64,000 nt of DNA from Candidatus Bathyarchaeia archaeon (GCA_050012255.1 JBEKHN010000003.1:113992-177991); one strand, 5' to 3'. Positions 10,134-21,169 are shown, numbered from the stretch's first letter. Notes: generated by a model not told the origin, from the letters alone. Translations and numbers: made by a program.

Positions 10134-10333
10134 CTTTCAGGGAGATTATGCAGCATGGTCGCGCGCGCTTTCCAGTGGGCCGTGGTTCTTCCACAGTTAG
10201 GAGAATGATAGTTTACATCTTGATGTTTTTCTTGCGTTTGGCGCACCTCAACTTTGGCACTTCTTCCTTCGCGATCATCATTCATTAATGATATTCCTCC
10301 ACATCGGTCATTAATAATGTTTTTTGGTGTGCT

Positions 10334-11818
10334 TCATCTGTTCATCCGGTTTCTGACTGCCAGCAACATCGTGCGTGCGAGATTTCTTGTTTCTTTGTCA
10401 AACGCGATCAGTAATGCTAGGTAAACCAGTGCGCCAACACCAGTGAATATCAGTGTTGAAGTTCTCGTTACTGGGTGACCTGCGATCAGAATTAGCGCCA
10501 TAATCGCCGATGCAACTGCGTACTTTGCAATGCTTTTCCATGGAATCTTCAATGTTACGGCCTTGCGCAGGACACTGAGCAAAACTAGAAACGAGATCAA
10601 ATGTCCTATCATGAATATTCCGGTGACGTAGGCTGCAACTAGCAACGGGTCGTTGTTCGCGAAATGTGTCAGAGCGTAGTAGGCTATCGGTAGGGTTATC
10701 GCTGAATGAAGGTAAGGCAAAGAGAAGGATATGAAAAGCCTGCTTTTCATGACCTGCCCGAAAGGTATCTTTGCTTCTTCGTCCACGCTCTCAATTCCAT
10801 AGAGTATAGAGGTGAAAAACCCTGCGTTTGTCTGGATCAGGGCGTCGATCGCCATTATTACCAAGACCGGCATGGCAACGACGTACGTGCCCGACACGTT
10901 GAAAAAGAGGAGATACGAGTTAGGAATCGCGATCACTCCGGCAGTCATAGGAATTGCGAACATCAAAACCATCCTTAGAGAGGAGGTGACCTCATCCGTT
11001 TTCCGCTCGGCTAGAATTTTTGGGTATAATGCAAAAGCCAGAGCGCTGGAGTATGCTATTACGTTCGTGATTAGTTGGGTGGCAGTGTAGTAACTTACGC
11101 CGATCGTGTGGCCGTAAACGCTGAGCATGATGAATATGACACTGGCAATTCGGTCACCTATTACGCTGAATAAGTTGAATGTTGAACCTTTAAGCCACTC
11201 TTTCAGGTGGCTGAAGACGAACTTCTGTCGAAGTTCGATCCACATATTCTTGAGGTAGAACGCTATTTTGATGCCGAATGCTACTGCAAGGCTGAGAATT
11301 ATTCCCACGAGGTCCAAGTGAAGTGCTATTACAAAAGTGTAAGCAAGCGCGACTTTGAGCACTTCTCCAATCAACAAACCGTAGGCTAAGAACTGTGGTC
11401 GCTGAGCTTGCAAACACGCTTCAAGGACTGTGATCAAGTAGGTTTCTATTATTTGTGTTGCAACTAGGACGTATACCAAAGCATAATCTTGTAGGCCAAA
11501 CGCTTGCGTAACTAACGGCAGCAACGCTAGGTAGATAAGTGTGGCTATTGTCGCGATGGTCATGTTTGCCACGATCCCTGTTTTAGCTGCCCCTTCTTTG
11601 TCTCTGGCGACGAAGCGCATCGTCCAGAATGAGAGTGCTCCTGACAACAGCGTGAAATACGGGATTATTATGGTGAGAAAGATGCCCCAGGCTCCTAGCT
11701 TTTCTTGTGACAATGAACCCAGCAGTAGAGTGAAGAGGATGCCTGTGGCAACACTGATCAGCTTGGCTCCAAAAAATATGAGTCCTGAATACTGAACTCT
11801 TATTTCTTTCTTTGCCAA
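10334..11818 (-). CDS. Polysaccharide/oligosaccharide flippase (Wzx/MOP family)
   Basis: Multiple hydrophobic helices; glycosylation cluster context; paralog of 24502-25995. Confidence 0.8.
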   Translation of the reverse strand: MAKKEIRVQYSGLIFFGAKLISVATGILFTLLLGSLSQEKLGAWGIFLTIIIPYFTLLSGALSFWTMRFVARDKEGAAKTGIVANMTIATIATLIYLALLPLVTQAFGLQDYALVYVLVATQIIETYLITVLEACLQAQRPQFLAYGLLIGEVLKVALAYTFVIALHLDLVGIILSLAVAFGIKIAFYLKNMWIELRQKFVFSHLKEWLKGSTFNLFSVIGDRIASVIFIMLSVYGHTIGVSYYTATQLITNVIAYSSALAFALYPKILAERKTDEVTSSLRMVLMFAIPMTAGVIAIPNSYLLFFNVSGTYVVAMPVLVIMAIDALIQTNAGFFTSILYGIESVDEEAKIPFGQVMKSRLFISFSLPYLHSAITLPIAYYALTHFANNDPLLVAAYVTGIFMIGHLISFLVLLSVLRKAVTLKIPWKSIAKYAVASAIMALILIAGHPVTRTSTLIFTGVGALVYLALLIAFDKETRNLARTMLLAVRNRMNR

Positions 11819-11995
11819 GAAGCCACCCTTGTCGAATCAGATCATAACAGTGTAAGAGTATATTTTTTTGTGTTCTGGCACAATACGATTCTCACGCTTT
11901 GGATCAGTTTTTCGACCGTATGCCTAAGACTAAGCTGCGCCATAAAACTTGGCAGAAGCGAGTAAAAGCCTCGGCGTACGCGCTAAGGTGGTGTT

Positions 11996-13471
11996 CTACG
12001 TTTTCAAGCGAAGCCTGATTCTCACTTTTGTTCTGCTTATCAGGTTGTAAAGTGGGATAAGCGGATACTTTATTCGCTGCGGAAGAGCGTCTTTCATTTC
12101 TATATGCAACCCAAGTTTTAGGGCCACTCTGCCCTTTCTTGTCAGTGGTATGTAGTACCGTGTCAGTTGGAACTTGACGAAGCCGTTGCTCTGTTTGAAG
12201 TTGTCGAGCGAGGGGTGATTTCCCATGCGCGCGTACATGAGCCATTCTTCATGGTTGCTTGCGCAAACTTCAACCGTCTTTGCTACTAAAGCGTTGTTCA
12301 CTGCCTTATCCCAGTGTTTTTGCAGTGAGAGTATCTGGGAGACTATGGCTATGTTGTCGCCGTGAAGTAGCTGTATGAATCCTGCAAGTTCATTTTGCAA
12401 AAAGGCTCCTACGTATGTCATATTTCGTGTCGGCGAGTGCAGGCCTTTAGTTATTGCATCCAGAGATACACCGTAGTGTGGGAACGCGCGGTCCTGTCTT
12501 ATTGGGGTTTCGTTGTAGATTTTCCACATGCCTTCTGCTAGCTTCTCGTCTGGTTCGGCTATTCTTGTTTTTATTCCGCTTTTTTCTGCTTTGCGAATCA
12601 TGTTACGGGTTTTCTTTCCTATGTTTTTCCACCAGTCATCGTAGCTCGTTATGTGAAGAAGTGCAATGTTGTCGTTTCTTTTGATCCAAGATGTTGGCTG
12701 TGAGAGTGTGTGTACCCATCTCCTCTCTAGGAAGGTGAATACGTCGACTCCTCTTTCTCGGATCTTTGTGAGAAATTCTTCTGTTGGGACAACATCTTTT
12801 TCATATTCTTCTGAGTTTTTAGCTATTGTGAAAAAGATTTTCTTGCGATATGCTATTGTTTCAACGTCGTTGTCCACGTTTAGTATCTTTCTTAATGTGT
12901 TGTAGAAGGGCCCTCTGTGGTTAATCTTTCCTTTTTGAAAAAGCCAGATTGGGTGGAAATGCAGGACTTGGTCTTCTCTTATGGTGCTTTGGGCGATTTT
13001 CACTGCCTTGTTAGTCGAAGTGGAGTAGCATATGGCGTCCAGATGTTTTGTGGGAAACTGGTAGAAGGAGATTAAGGGGAATTCTGGCGGGATTCTTGGG
13101 GATCTTGTTGTCCACCTTCTCCACATGATTCTTGCGAGCAACCTTTCTGTTCCGTGGACGGTGTAATAGCGCATTTTTTTCCCTGTAATTCTCTCCAGAT
13201 TCTTCCATTCAGAATAAGGGTTGTTGACGATGTGAAGTGCAACTTCGTGTCTATCGTTGTTCAGGAGGCTCAGTAGCTCCCTGTCTGGGGTTGTTGCGGG
13301 GGTGAAGAACCATGTGGCTTTCACTTCTTTGAGTGATTCATTTATCATCCTTGCGATTATTTTCGAGTTTTTCAGATAATCTTTGCTTGGCTTGATGCCT
13401 AGGGCCGTGTAGAAGAAGCTTTTGTTTCTGGACGGGTAGGGATAGTCAACGTCTATCCTCAGTTTTATCAA
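11996..13471 (-). CDS. Fusion of NodB-like polysaccharide deacetylase and FemAB/GNAT-like domain
   Basis: N-half RIDVD, EVALH, VHG; C-half KKTRNMIRKAEKSG and FKQSNGF. Confidence 0.65.
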   Translation of the reverse strand: MIKLRIDVDYPYPSRNKSFFYTALGIKPSKDYLKNSKIIARMINESLKEVKATWFFTPATTPDRELLSLLNNDRHEVALHIVNNPYSEWKNLERITGKKMRYYTVHGTERLLARIMWRRWTTRSPRIPPEFPLISFYQFPTKHLDAICYSTSTNKAVKIAQSTIREDQVLHFHPIWLFQKGKINHRGPFYNTLRKILNVDNDVETIAYRKKIFFTIAKNSEEYEKDVVPTEEFLTKIRERGVDVFTFLERRWVHTLSQPTSWIKRNDNIALLHITSYDDWWKNIGKKTRNMIRKAEKSGIKTRIAEPDEKLAEGMWKIYNETPIRQDRAFPHYGVSLDAITKGLHSPTRNMTYVGAFLQNELAGFIQLLHGDNIAIVSQILSLQKHWDKAVNNALVAKTVEVCASNHEEWLMYARMGNHPSLDNFKQSNGFVKFQLTRYYIPLTRKGRVALKLGLHIEMKDALPQRIKYPLIPLYNLISRTKVRIRLRLKT

Positions 13472-13586
13472 TTGCTCGCGTGTTCTCCTGCTGTTGCTCG
13501 GCCAGTCGGGATTTTTAGATGATAAAGGTTGATATAACTGCTTTTATAGTATAGGCTCAGGTTCCTATTCGGAGAGCTGGTCTTCG

Positions 13587-14549
13587 ATGAAGGTTGTTAT
13601 GGTTAACGATGCTGCTTTTGTGGGACAGACGTTGCTTAAATATTTGCCTAATGATGTAGAGAAGCAGCATATTAAGCGTACTAGAGGTTTGTGGAGTAAG
13701 ACTTTTGGATTAGCATGGAGGATTTTGAGGGCCAAAGGAGACGTTTACCACGCGAATTATCTTCTTCAGGATTGTTACATTGCGTCCCGGCTCGGGAAGA
13801 GACCTCTCGTTGGAAGCGCAATGGGAAGTGATTTGCGGCAACAGCTTGGGAGCAAGAAATGGGGCTGGATTGTCAGACATAACCTGCGGAGTTGCGACAA
13901 AATCCTAGTAGTTCAGCCAACTCTATTAGATGTTGCAAAGAATTTTAACAGCACGGCGGAGTATTTGCCGATTCCTTTCGACCCGGAAATATTCTTTCCT
14001 AAGCCGCTTCCTACGAGCGAGCTTGAAGAAAAACGAGTATTTATAGCGTCAGCTCACGACTTCAAAATAAAAGGTACCGACAAATTCCTGCGCGCCTTGG
14101 CCTCTGTGCCAAATCCAATCAGGATAACAAGCATATCGTCAGGCAAAGACTTCGGTAGAGCCAGACGACTAGCAGAAGAGCTTGGTTTGAAGGTTAACTT
14201 CATAGGTCCGGTTCCTCATGACAAGATGAATGAGTTGTACTGGGAAAGCGATTTGGTTTTGGGCAGCTTCGGAGTTGGACAGTTGGATACGGTTGCCATC
14301 GAAGCTATGGCGTGCGGACGCCCTGTGGTGCACTCGGTTTCCAAGAGGTTTTTCCAAGAATGCCCCTTAGAAGAGCTCAAGGGCAGAGACGAAGCCACAG
14401 GAGTCATCTCCAAGGCGCTTACTGATGTCGACTGGCAGGATAAGAGAGTGAAAGATCAATTGCTCTATGTTGATTCTAGGCATTCGGCGCCGTTGCTGGC
14501 TGAAAGGCTGATGAAGATCTACTCTGAACTACAGGATACCAGCCGGTGA
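13587..14549 (+). CDS. Glycosyltransferase family 4
   Basis: KGTD, EAMACGRPVV. Confidence 0.88.
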   Translation: MKVVMVNDAAFVGQTLLKYLPNDVEKQHIKRTRGLWSKTFGLAWRILRAKGDVYHANYLLQDCYIASRLGKRPLVGSAMGSDLRQQLGSKKWGWIVRHNLRSCDKILVVQPTLLDVAKNFNSTAEYLPIPFDPEIFFPKPLPTSELEEKRVFIASAHDFKIKGTDKFLRALASVPNPIRITSISSGKDFGRARRLAEELGLKVNFIGPVPHDKMNELYWESDLVLGSFGVGQLDTVAIEAMACGRPVVHSVSKRFFQECPLEELKGRDEATGVISKALTDVDWQDKRVKDQLLYVDSRHSAPLLAERLMKIYSELQDTSR

Positions 14550-14556
14550 AACAGCA

Positions 14557-15489
14557 ATGCACAATTCCAGGGTTTTGGTGACTGGTGGAGCCGGGTTCAT
14601 AGGCAGCAGGCTGGTTGACCGCCTCATTGGAGAAAGGCATGAAGTCGCTGTTCTCGACAACCTCTTTTCTGGTAAAACTAGAAACCTTGAGGAGCATTTG
14701 AGCAGCACCAGCCTTCACTTGATAAGGGGGGACGTACGTAACTCGAGAGCTGTTAAAAAAGCCGTAAGAGGAGTAACTACAGTGTTTCATCTAGCTGCTG
14801 TAGTGGACGTGCCCCTGTCTGTAGAAAACCCAGTTCTCACTAATGATGTGAACGTGGCAGGAACGCTGAGCGTTTTAGACGCGAGCCTAGCGGAAAACGT
14901 TGACCGATTCATCTACATCTCTTCATGCGCGGTTTATGGCGAGGCCCGCTACTTGCCAATAAATGAGGAACACCCAACGACGCCTCTGTCGCCATACGGT
15001 GTTTCAAAACTCGCTGCTGAGAATTATTGCAGAAACTATCGGGAGATCCACGGACTCAAAACTTGCTGTTTGAGACTCTTCAACGTGTACGGTCTAGGAC
15101 AGCATGCGGGTTCTTACAGCGGAGTGATTTCAAAGTTTGTTCGCAAGGTTCAGAGAGGTGAATCACCGGTTGTTTATGGCGATGGGAAACAAACACGTGA
15201 TTTCATACACGTCAACGATATTATAGACGCCTGCATGCTGGCCATGGAAAGCGTGCACGTTGATAGCGGGCCGTTCAACATTGGAACCGGAAAGCCCACG
15301 ACGATCAGAGAGCTCGCAGACATTACAATAGAACTGTGGGGCAAAACCAGCATCAAGCCAGTTTATGAAGAACCGAGAACGGGAGACATTGAAAATAGTT
15401 ATGCAGACATAAGCAAAGCTAGAAAAACACTCAATTTTGAGCCCAAAACTGAGTTGAAGAATGGGATGAAGTCTCTAATCAAAACATAA
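14557..15489 (+). CDS. NAD-dependent epimerase (UDP-glucose 4-epimerase-like)
   Basis: TGGAGFIG, YGVSK, GDGKQTRDF. Confidence 0.92.
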   Translation: MHNSRVLVTGGAGFIGSRLVDRLIGERHEVAVLDNLFSGKTRNLEEHLSSTSLHLIRGDVRNSRAVKKAVRGVTTVFHLAAVVDVPLSVENPVLTNDVNVAGTLSVLDASLAENVDRFIYISSCAVYGEARYLPINEEHPTTPLSPYGVSKLAAENYCRNYREIHGLKTCCLRLFNVYGLGQHAGSYSGVISKFVRKVQRGESPVVYGDGKQTRDFIHVNDIIDACMLAMESVHVDSGPFNIGTGKPTTIRELADITIELWGKTSIKPVYEEPRTGDIENSYADISKARKTLNFEPKTELKNGMKSLIKT

Positions 15490-15503
15490 ATGTTAAAGGC
15501 GCC

Positions 15504-16289
15504 ATGGGAGGAAGATCCATCTCAAAAGAGCTACTTTCGAAGAAAATTCTCATAACCGGATCAAGCGGCTTCATTGGTAGTCATTTGTGCAAGGCACTTC
15601 CACACGCAGATGGCTTATCCAGAACACCGTCACAGACGACAAACATCCTTGGCGATGTAGCGTCTCTTCCTATTTCCGTGGATAAGTATGACATAATCTA
15701 CCATTTAGCAGCCGTTGTCTATCCCGAGGTAAGTGTTAGAAACCCTCTGGACACTTACATGATAAACATCTGTGGTACATTAAACCTCGTTCAATCTTTT
15801 AGAGGACTGTTCATCTATCCCTCTACAGTGGGTGTTCATGAACCCTTAAGAAACCCATATCTTCTCTCAAAATATGTCTGTGAGGAAATTGTGAGAGCTG
15901 CGCCTTGTGAACACATGATTTTTAGACTTGCCAACCTCTATGGCGAGGGGTCCAAATCAGTCATCCAAAAATGGTTGAACGCAGATCGCATTCAAATTTA
16001 TGGGGACGGAAATCAGGTCAGAGATTTTACTTACATAGGGGACATAATTGACATACTGGCGAACCCGCTGAAATTACAAGTTGGCAGAACATACTACGTA
16101 GGTACGGGTGTACCAACGACATTAAATGAGCTGGCCGAGCAGATTATCGCTCTGACCGGTGAAAAAAAGATTGAACATTTACCGGCGAGAGAGTTTGAGA
16201 TCTACGAACCGTTCATAAAACCGGACTTGACATGCCCAACAACGTTGAAAGAGGGATTGTTGAAGTGCCTAAAAAAAGGCGTCACTTAG
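15504..16289 (+). CDS. NAD-dependent epimerase/dehydratase
   Basis: TGSSGFIG, YLLSK, GDGNQVRDF. Confidence 0.88.
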   Translation: MGGRSISKELLSKKILITGSSGFIGSHLCKALPHADGLSRTPSQTTNILGDVASLPISVDKYDIIYHLAAVVYPEVSVRNPLDTYMINICGTLNLVQSFRGLFIYPSTVGVHEPLRNPYLLSKYVCEEIVRAAPCEHMIFRLANLYGEGSKSVIQKWLNADRIQIYGDGNQVRDFTYIGDIIDILANPLKLQVGRTYYVGTGVPTTLNELAEQIIALTGEKKIEHLPAREFEIYEPFIKPDLTCPTTLKEGLLKCLKKGVT

Positions 16290-17256
16290 GCTTTTCCCAT
16301 TCTTCAAACCGATAGTCCCTGTACCACTCTACGAACCTCTTCAATCCCTTATCAAAGCTGAATTCCGGTTCCCATCCCAAGAGTTCCTTCGCCTTCTTGT
16401 TGTCCGCGACAAGTTTTCTAACCTCACCTGGTCTTGGTGCCACATGTATAGGCTTTATCTTGTTTCCCTTGCCAAACAACTTGATTACCTTGTTAGCAAC
16501 GTCTAGAATGGTAATGTCCTTCCCAGTTCCAAAGTTAATTGGTCGTCTAAGATCCTTCTTGGATTCTAGAACCAATTCGTATGCTTTCACAGCGTCTTCT
16601 ACGTAGAGGTAATCTCTAGACTGCTTCCCATCGCCATAGATTATGGGCGGTTGGTTGTTCAAAACACGTTTAGCAAAAATCGAAATCGCACCGCCATAGC
16701 CTGTGTCCTTCTGCCGAGGCCCAAAGGTGTTGAAGAGCCTTACAATACAAATGTTAGCGCCGTACGTTTGTATGTAAGCGTGGCACATTCTGTCAGCGGC
16801 CAATTTGCTTGCTCCGTAGGGGTGCATAGGATCTAAGGGATGTTTCTCATCCATTGGGACATATTGAGCTGAACCGTAAACTTCGCTTGTGGAGGCATAA
16901 ATCACTTTTTCAACGTCGTATCTTCTTGCAAGTTCTAGCACGTTAAGCGTGCCGAGGACGTTGGTTTCGTAGGTTTCTCTTGGTTCGATGATAGAACGGT
17001 CGACGTGAATCTGAGCTGCTAGATGGATGATGGCATCGATGTCAGACGAAATTATTTTATCGAGTAAATTAAAATCTCTAACTTCACCATTGACTAGCTT
17101 GAACTTCTTATTATTCAACAGGGCTCGAACATTACCTAAGCTGCCGTTCAGAAAGTTGTCAAGACAGACCACAGTGTAGTCTTTTGAAACGTATTTTTCG
17201 CATAAATGACTTCCAATGAACCCAGCACCGCCGGTGATCAACACTTTGTTAACCAT
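16282..17256 (-). CDS. NAD-dependent sugar dehydratase/epimerase (dTDP-glucose 4,6-dehydratase-like)
   Basis: TGGAGFIG, HVDRS, STSEVYG, YGASK. Confidence 0.9.
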   Translation of the reverse strand: MVNKVLITGGAGFIGSHLCEKYVSKDYTVVCLDNFLNGSLGNVRALLNNKKFKLVNGEVRDFNLLDKIISSDIDAIIHLAAQIHVDRSIIEPRETYETNVLGTLNVLELARRYDVEKVIYASTSEVYGSAQYVPMDEKHPLDPMHPYGASKLAADRMCHAYIQTYGANICIVRLFNTFGPRQKDTGYGGAISIFAKRVLNNQPPIIYGDGKQSRDYLYVEDAVKAYELVLESKKDLRRPINFGTGKDITILDVANKVIKLFGKGNKIKPIHVAPRPGEVRKLVADNKKAKELLGWEPEFSFDKGLKRFVEWYRDYRFEEWEKPK

Positions 17257-17452
17257 TTGTTTTGTTCTCCATGCGAATCTTGATTTTTCCAGTTATTGTC
17301 TCGTTTGGGTCTTAATATAGTTTCAAGTTTCTTATTGGTTAAATGTGCAGAATATTCTTTGAAAGCTTTGGCTTTGACATCCATAAATCCCTTGTTTTAG
17401 AATTATTCTACCCATTTTTCCTCTGTGAAAGAACCTTTCAAGACCGTCGCCG

Positions 17453-18646
17453 TTATTTTTGAGAACTTTCCTCTTGAGACGTAGTATCGGAGAAATGTCT
17501 TGGACGAAAATGGGGCTTCTGCGGTTTTTGATTCCTGATTTTTCCTGCGAGTCCACTCTTATCCACAAGAATTTGCCAGTCAAATTGTTGGGCTAGTTTT
17601 AAGTTATTCTGGCGCATTTCTTCTGCGAGAATTTTGTCTGAGATGATGGAGTTCATTTTGTTTGCAAGGTCTTGAGGGTTTCCAGGTTGATAGAGAAGTA
17701 CGTTTTTGTTTGGAGCGAGGTATGCTTCTCTCTCTCTTACATCAGCCATCAAGATAGGTCTGCCCAAACTCAGGTAGTCCTTTACTTTCCTTTGCGACCA
17801 AAAAGAAGTGAACGTGTATGCTTTCCTATAAGGCGCCACTGCCGCGGCGCACAGGCTGATTATTTTTAAAGCCTCAAACCTTGGAAGCTTACCTGGGAAT
17901 ACAACGTTGTTCCACCTATTTCGGAATTCGTTGAGTCTCGGTCCTTCTCCAATCACAACTAGGCATACTCCAGCTGCTTTACTTCCCTCAAACAATGTTT
18001 CCATGTCCAGTCGTCTCTCCCAGTTTCCCAAGAAGCCGATGAAAGTTTTTTCCTTCGGGATATGGTATTCTGAATAAATTTTCTCTTTTTCCGTTTCCGC
18101 CTCCTGGGCGGCTATTTTGCTCTCGTTAATGTCTACCCCATTTTCAAGAATTATACTCTTGGCCTTCTCTTCTTGTCCAAGTGAGTCTTTGACTCCTTTG
18201 CTAACGCAGATCATCGTGCTAGAGTATCTTGCTCCAACTCTTTCTACGACGTAGTAGAGGAAGATTTTCAGTTTGTTATACTTACTTTTTCCAAAGAAAA
18301 ATCTGATTTCTCTGTAGAGCCAGCCATGAAAGTCTAGGATGATTCTTGTTCCGAAGATCTTTAATGGCAAGAGAAAAAAGGCAAGGTAGCCCCTGGCTAT
18401 TATTGTATTGCAAGAATGGCTCAGAGTTTCGGCGTACGTGAAAAGAAGAATTTTCAGTCTTGAAAGGTGCCTTGATCCGCCTAGCTGATGAGTCTTTAAA
18501 CCCGCTATTCTCTCGCCTTTTCCACCTACTACTTCAACTTCGAAACCCTTTTCCTTCAATGATTTGGCAATGTAGATAAACCTGGATGCGGGGGCCTCAG
18601 AGAAGGTTAACCTGCTATCTAATACGAATATCACTCGGTCTTTCAT
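17453..18646 (-). CDS. Glycosyltransferase family 4
   Basis: ENGVD, IGEGP, KVKDYLSLGRPI. Confidence 0.82.
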   Translation of the reverse strand: MKDRVIFVLDSRLTFSEAPASRFIYIAKSLKEKGFEVEVVGGKGERIAGLKTHQLGGSRHLSRLKILLFTYAETLSHSCNTIIARGYLAFFLLPLKIFGTRIILDFHGWLYREIRFFFGKSKYNKLKIFLYYVVERVGARYSSTMICVSKGVKDSLGQEEKAKSIILENGVDINESKIAAQEAETEKEKIYSEYHIPKEKTFIGFLGNWERRLDMETLFEGSKAAGVCLVVIGEGPRLNEFRNRWNNVVFPGKLPRFEALKIISLCAAAVAPYRKAYTFTSFWSQRKVKDYLSLGRPILMADVREREAYLAPNKNVLLYQPGNPQDLANKMNSIISDKILAEEMRQNNLKLAQQFDWQILVDKSGLAGKIRNQKPQKPHFRPRHFSDTTSQEESSQK

Positions 18647-19911
18647 GTCTTTCCCTTTTTTGTGTCGTTCTTCGTGAACTCGCCATCAGTGCGTATTAAT
18701 CGTTTCAAGATTCTTTCCATGGTGTTGCCACAAGCTTCGATTGTAAAGTCCCGCGGTATTGATGCGGTTTCATCTTTTTTCGTAAGAAGATAGGCTGGGT
18801 CTAATCGTGTAAGAATCTGTTGTGCTCCGAGTTCCGGATCTCTATCTATTAGGAATCCGCCTGGTTGTTCTGTTTTTGCCCATGAGTAGCGCTTGAAGTA
18901 GATTACTGGCGTTCCACAAAGCATTGATTCATAGTTTGCTTGTCCATCGTTTACTGTTATGAACGGATATGGGAAGAGCGTAAGGTCAGCGGCCGAGTAG
19001 TATTCTGGGAGCAGTTGTCTGTCTATCCATCCGTAGATTTTAACCTTGTCCAAGAGGCCATATTGGTTTATCTTTTTCTTGAATTCTTCCATTCCTTGTC
19101 CGCGTCCGATAACGTGTAGCTTTACTCTCGGGTTTTTTTCGGCTAGACGTCGAAAGATTTCGAGCGCGGTGAAGGGGTCTTTTTCATAGTCTTTGGATGA
19201 ATTGATCCTTTCTGGAGTCTCGATTCTTGACACCATTACAATGTTTATTTCCTTTCTGTCGAATCCCACTTTTTCTGCAGAAGCGTTCTTGTCGAGTGTT
19301 CGGAATAGTTGATCGTCAATTATGAATTCTTTGAAATTGAGGACCTTCGCTTTGGGCAGTTTCAAAACTTTGAAAAGGTAGTATTTCTGCTCTGGGTTTA
19401 GGTTCATTAATATTAATGATGCCAGGTTTAGGCTTGCACGGTAGATTGAGACGAAGACAGAGTATTTCCACCTGCCCAATCGCTCGTACCAACGGAGTGA
19501 GCCTCCCAACCACATGATAAGTGTTGGTCTGAAAACTCTCAAAATTAGGTTTAAGAATGGGATTTCATAGTCCCAAAGATGCGTGATAACGTACACCTCA
19601 ACTTTGTCTTCAGAGAGTCGCCGTATTACTCTTAACGCAAATGCCAGATTTTCTAGGGCAAAGATGATTTTGCGTACAAGGCTCTTGCGTGTTCTTCTAG
19701 CAAACTTGCTTAGAATTGGGATTGAGCGGGGCAAAGCCATGGAATAGGTTTTGCCATCGGTATGTCTTATAATGAAGGGTTTATCCAAGTTTGTGGGGGA
19801 GTAGCTAATGTTTTCAATGTTATGAATCAATAATGCTTCGCAAAACATGCACCTCAACTTGATAGCTGGATTGTCATATGACGTGCGACTGTTAAAGAAA
19901 GCAACTTTCAT
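18643..19911 (-). CDS. Glycosyltransferase family 4
   Basis: YYSAADL, ESMLCGTPVI. Confidence 0.82.
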   Translation of the reverse strand: MKVAFFNSRTSYDNPAIKLRCMFCEALLIHNIENISYSPTNLDKPFIIRHTDGKTYSMALPRSIPILSKFARRTRKSLVRKIIFALENLAFALRVIRRLSEDKVEVYVITHLWDYEIPFLNLILRVFRPTLIMWLGGSLRWYERLGRWKYSVFVSIYRASLNLASLILMNLNPEQKYYLFKVLKLPKAKVLNFKEFIIDDQLFRTLDKNASAEKVGFDRKEINIVMVSRIETPERINSSKDYEKDPFTALEIFRRLAEKNPRVKLHVIGRGQGMEEFKKKINQYGLLDKVKIYGWIDRQLLPEYYSAADLTLFPYPFITVNDGQANYESMLCGTPVIYFKRYSWAKTEQPGGFLIDRDPELGAQQILTRLDPAYLLTKKDETASIPRDFTIEACGNTMERILKRLIRTDGEFTKNDTKKGKT

Positions 19912-20032
19912 GATGGGTCGGCCTTACGTGTAAATTGGGATATTTTATAAAATGCATCTGAATAATAACGCTTTTGCAGAAGAGCTAAATTCGCATCAAA
20001 CCCAAAAAAACAGGTAAAACGCGGGTGCTCAG

Positions 20033-20986
20033 ATGACATCGACACTTAGCTATAGATATTATGGTAAGTATGTTTTGCATAAAGAGGCAATGATTACGAA
20101 TTTCTCCAGCTGTATTCAGAGAGGACTCATTGCCTTCGACAGAAATCACGCAGTCATGACGAAACAGTATGATCCCAATTATCCAACTTACATGCATAAC
20201 CCCACTGGGATTGCGAATTACGGTCTGCTCCGGTACAATGATTTGATTGAAAACACAAACAAACTGAACTCTAAGGTAGATAGTAGACTTGCTATCGATA
20301 AACAAGTCCGTTGGTTAATCCAAAATAGAGTAGACAAAGAGGACATGAGCTTTTGGTATTACAATTTTCCAGTTCCTGATCTTGGTTGTAAGCCACCGTG
20401 GAAGTCTGCTATGAGTCAAGGCCTGATATTGAGTCTCTTAGCGAGAGTGTATCATCTCACTGAGAAGAAAGAATATTCTGAGCTTGCAGAAAGGGTTGCC
20501 GTTTCGATGAAGACTCCAACTTCTGAAGGTGGTTTCCTCTATATTGATAGCCATGGGGATTACTGGTACCAAGAGTACATGGGAAACTACGGTTACGTAT
20601 TGAATGGTTTCATATATGCTCTGTGGGGCGTTTACGATTATTATTTGTACTCTAATGATGAGGAATATAAGATGATTTTTGACAGGTGCATCGATACTCT
20701 ACGGAAAAACTTGGAAAAATATGATTGGAAAATTGGCATATCAAAATGGTCAGTTTACGATCTGAAAGATAGGAACCCTGTTAACTTGTTCTATCACAAA
20801 TTGCACATAAGTTTGTTGAGAGATTTGTACACGGTAACAAAGGAAAAGTTCCTACTTGTTTATGCCAATCGCTGGGAAACTTACATTAGTCAACCAAATA
20901 GGCTACTCGTGAGCATAACAAGACACGCGCGTGCACAGGTGTTGGCATTTTTAGGGGCATTGAGCAAGGATCGGCCGCCTTTCTAG
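20033..20986 (+). CDS. D-glucuronyl C5-epimerase C-terminal domain family protein
   Basis: SAMSQG, WYQEY, YVLNGFIYALWGVYDY, YHKLHI match the C5-epim_C pattern. Confidence 0.85.
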   Translation: MTSTLSYRYYGKYVLHKEAMITNFSSCIQRGLIAFDRNHAVMTKQYDPNYPTYMHNPTGIANYGLLRYNDLIENTNKLNSKVDSRLAIDKQVRWLIQNRVDKEDMSFWYYNFPVPDLGCKPPWKSAMSQGLILSLLARVYHLTEKKEYSELAERVAVSMKTPTSEGGFLYIDSHGDYWYQEYMGNYGYVLNGFIYALWGVYDYYLYSNDEEYKMIFDRCIDTLRKNLEKYDWKIGISKWSVYDLKDRNPVNLFYHKLHISLLRDLYTVTKEKFLLVYANRWETYISQPNRLLVSITRHARAQVLAFLGALSKDRPPF

Positions 20987-21169
20987 AGTGCAATTTCTAA
21001 GCCGATCAGGCTGTCCAACTGGGGCAACGTCTGAAGGAAATGCTTCACAGACTTCGCATTTAGTTTTTGAGATGTCTGAACTCTAATTACGAGGAAGTCT
21101 CTAGAAATGTCTCGGGCTGCTTGTATGCGAAAGTACATGTTATTGCCTGAACTTTTTGCCATCATTAGT

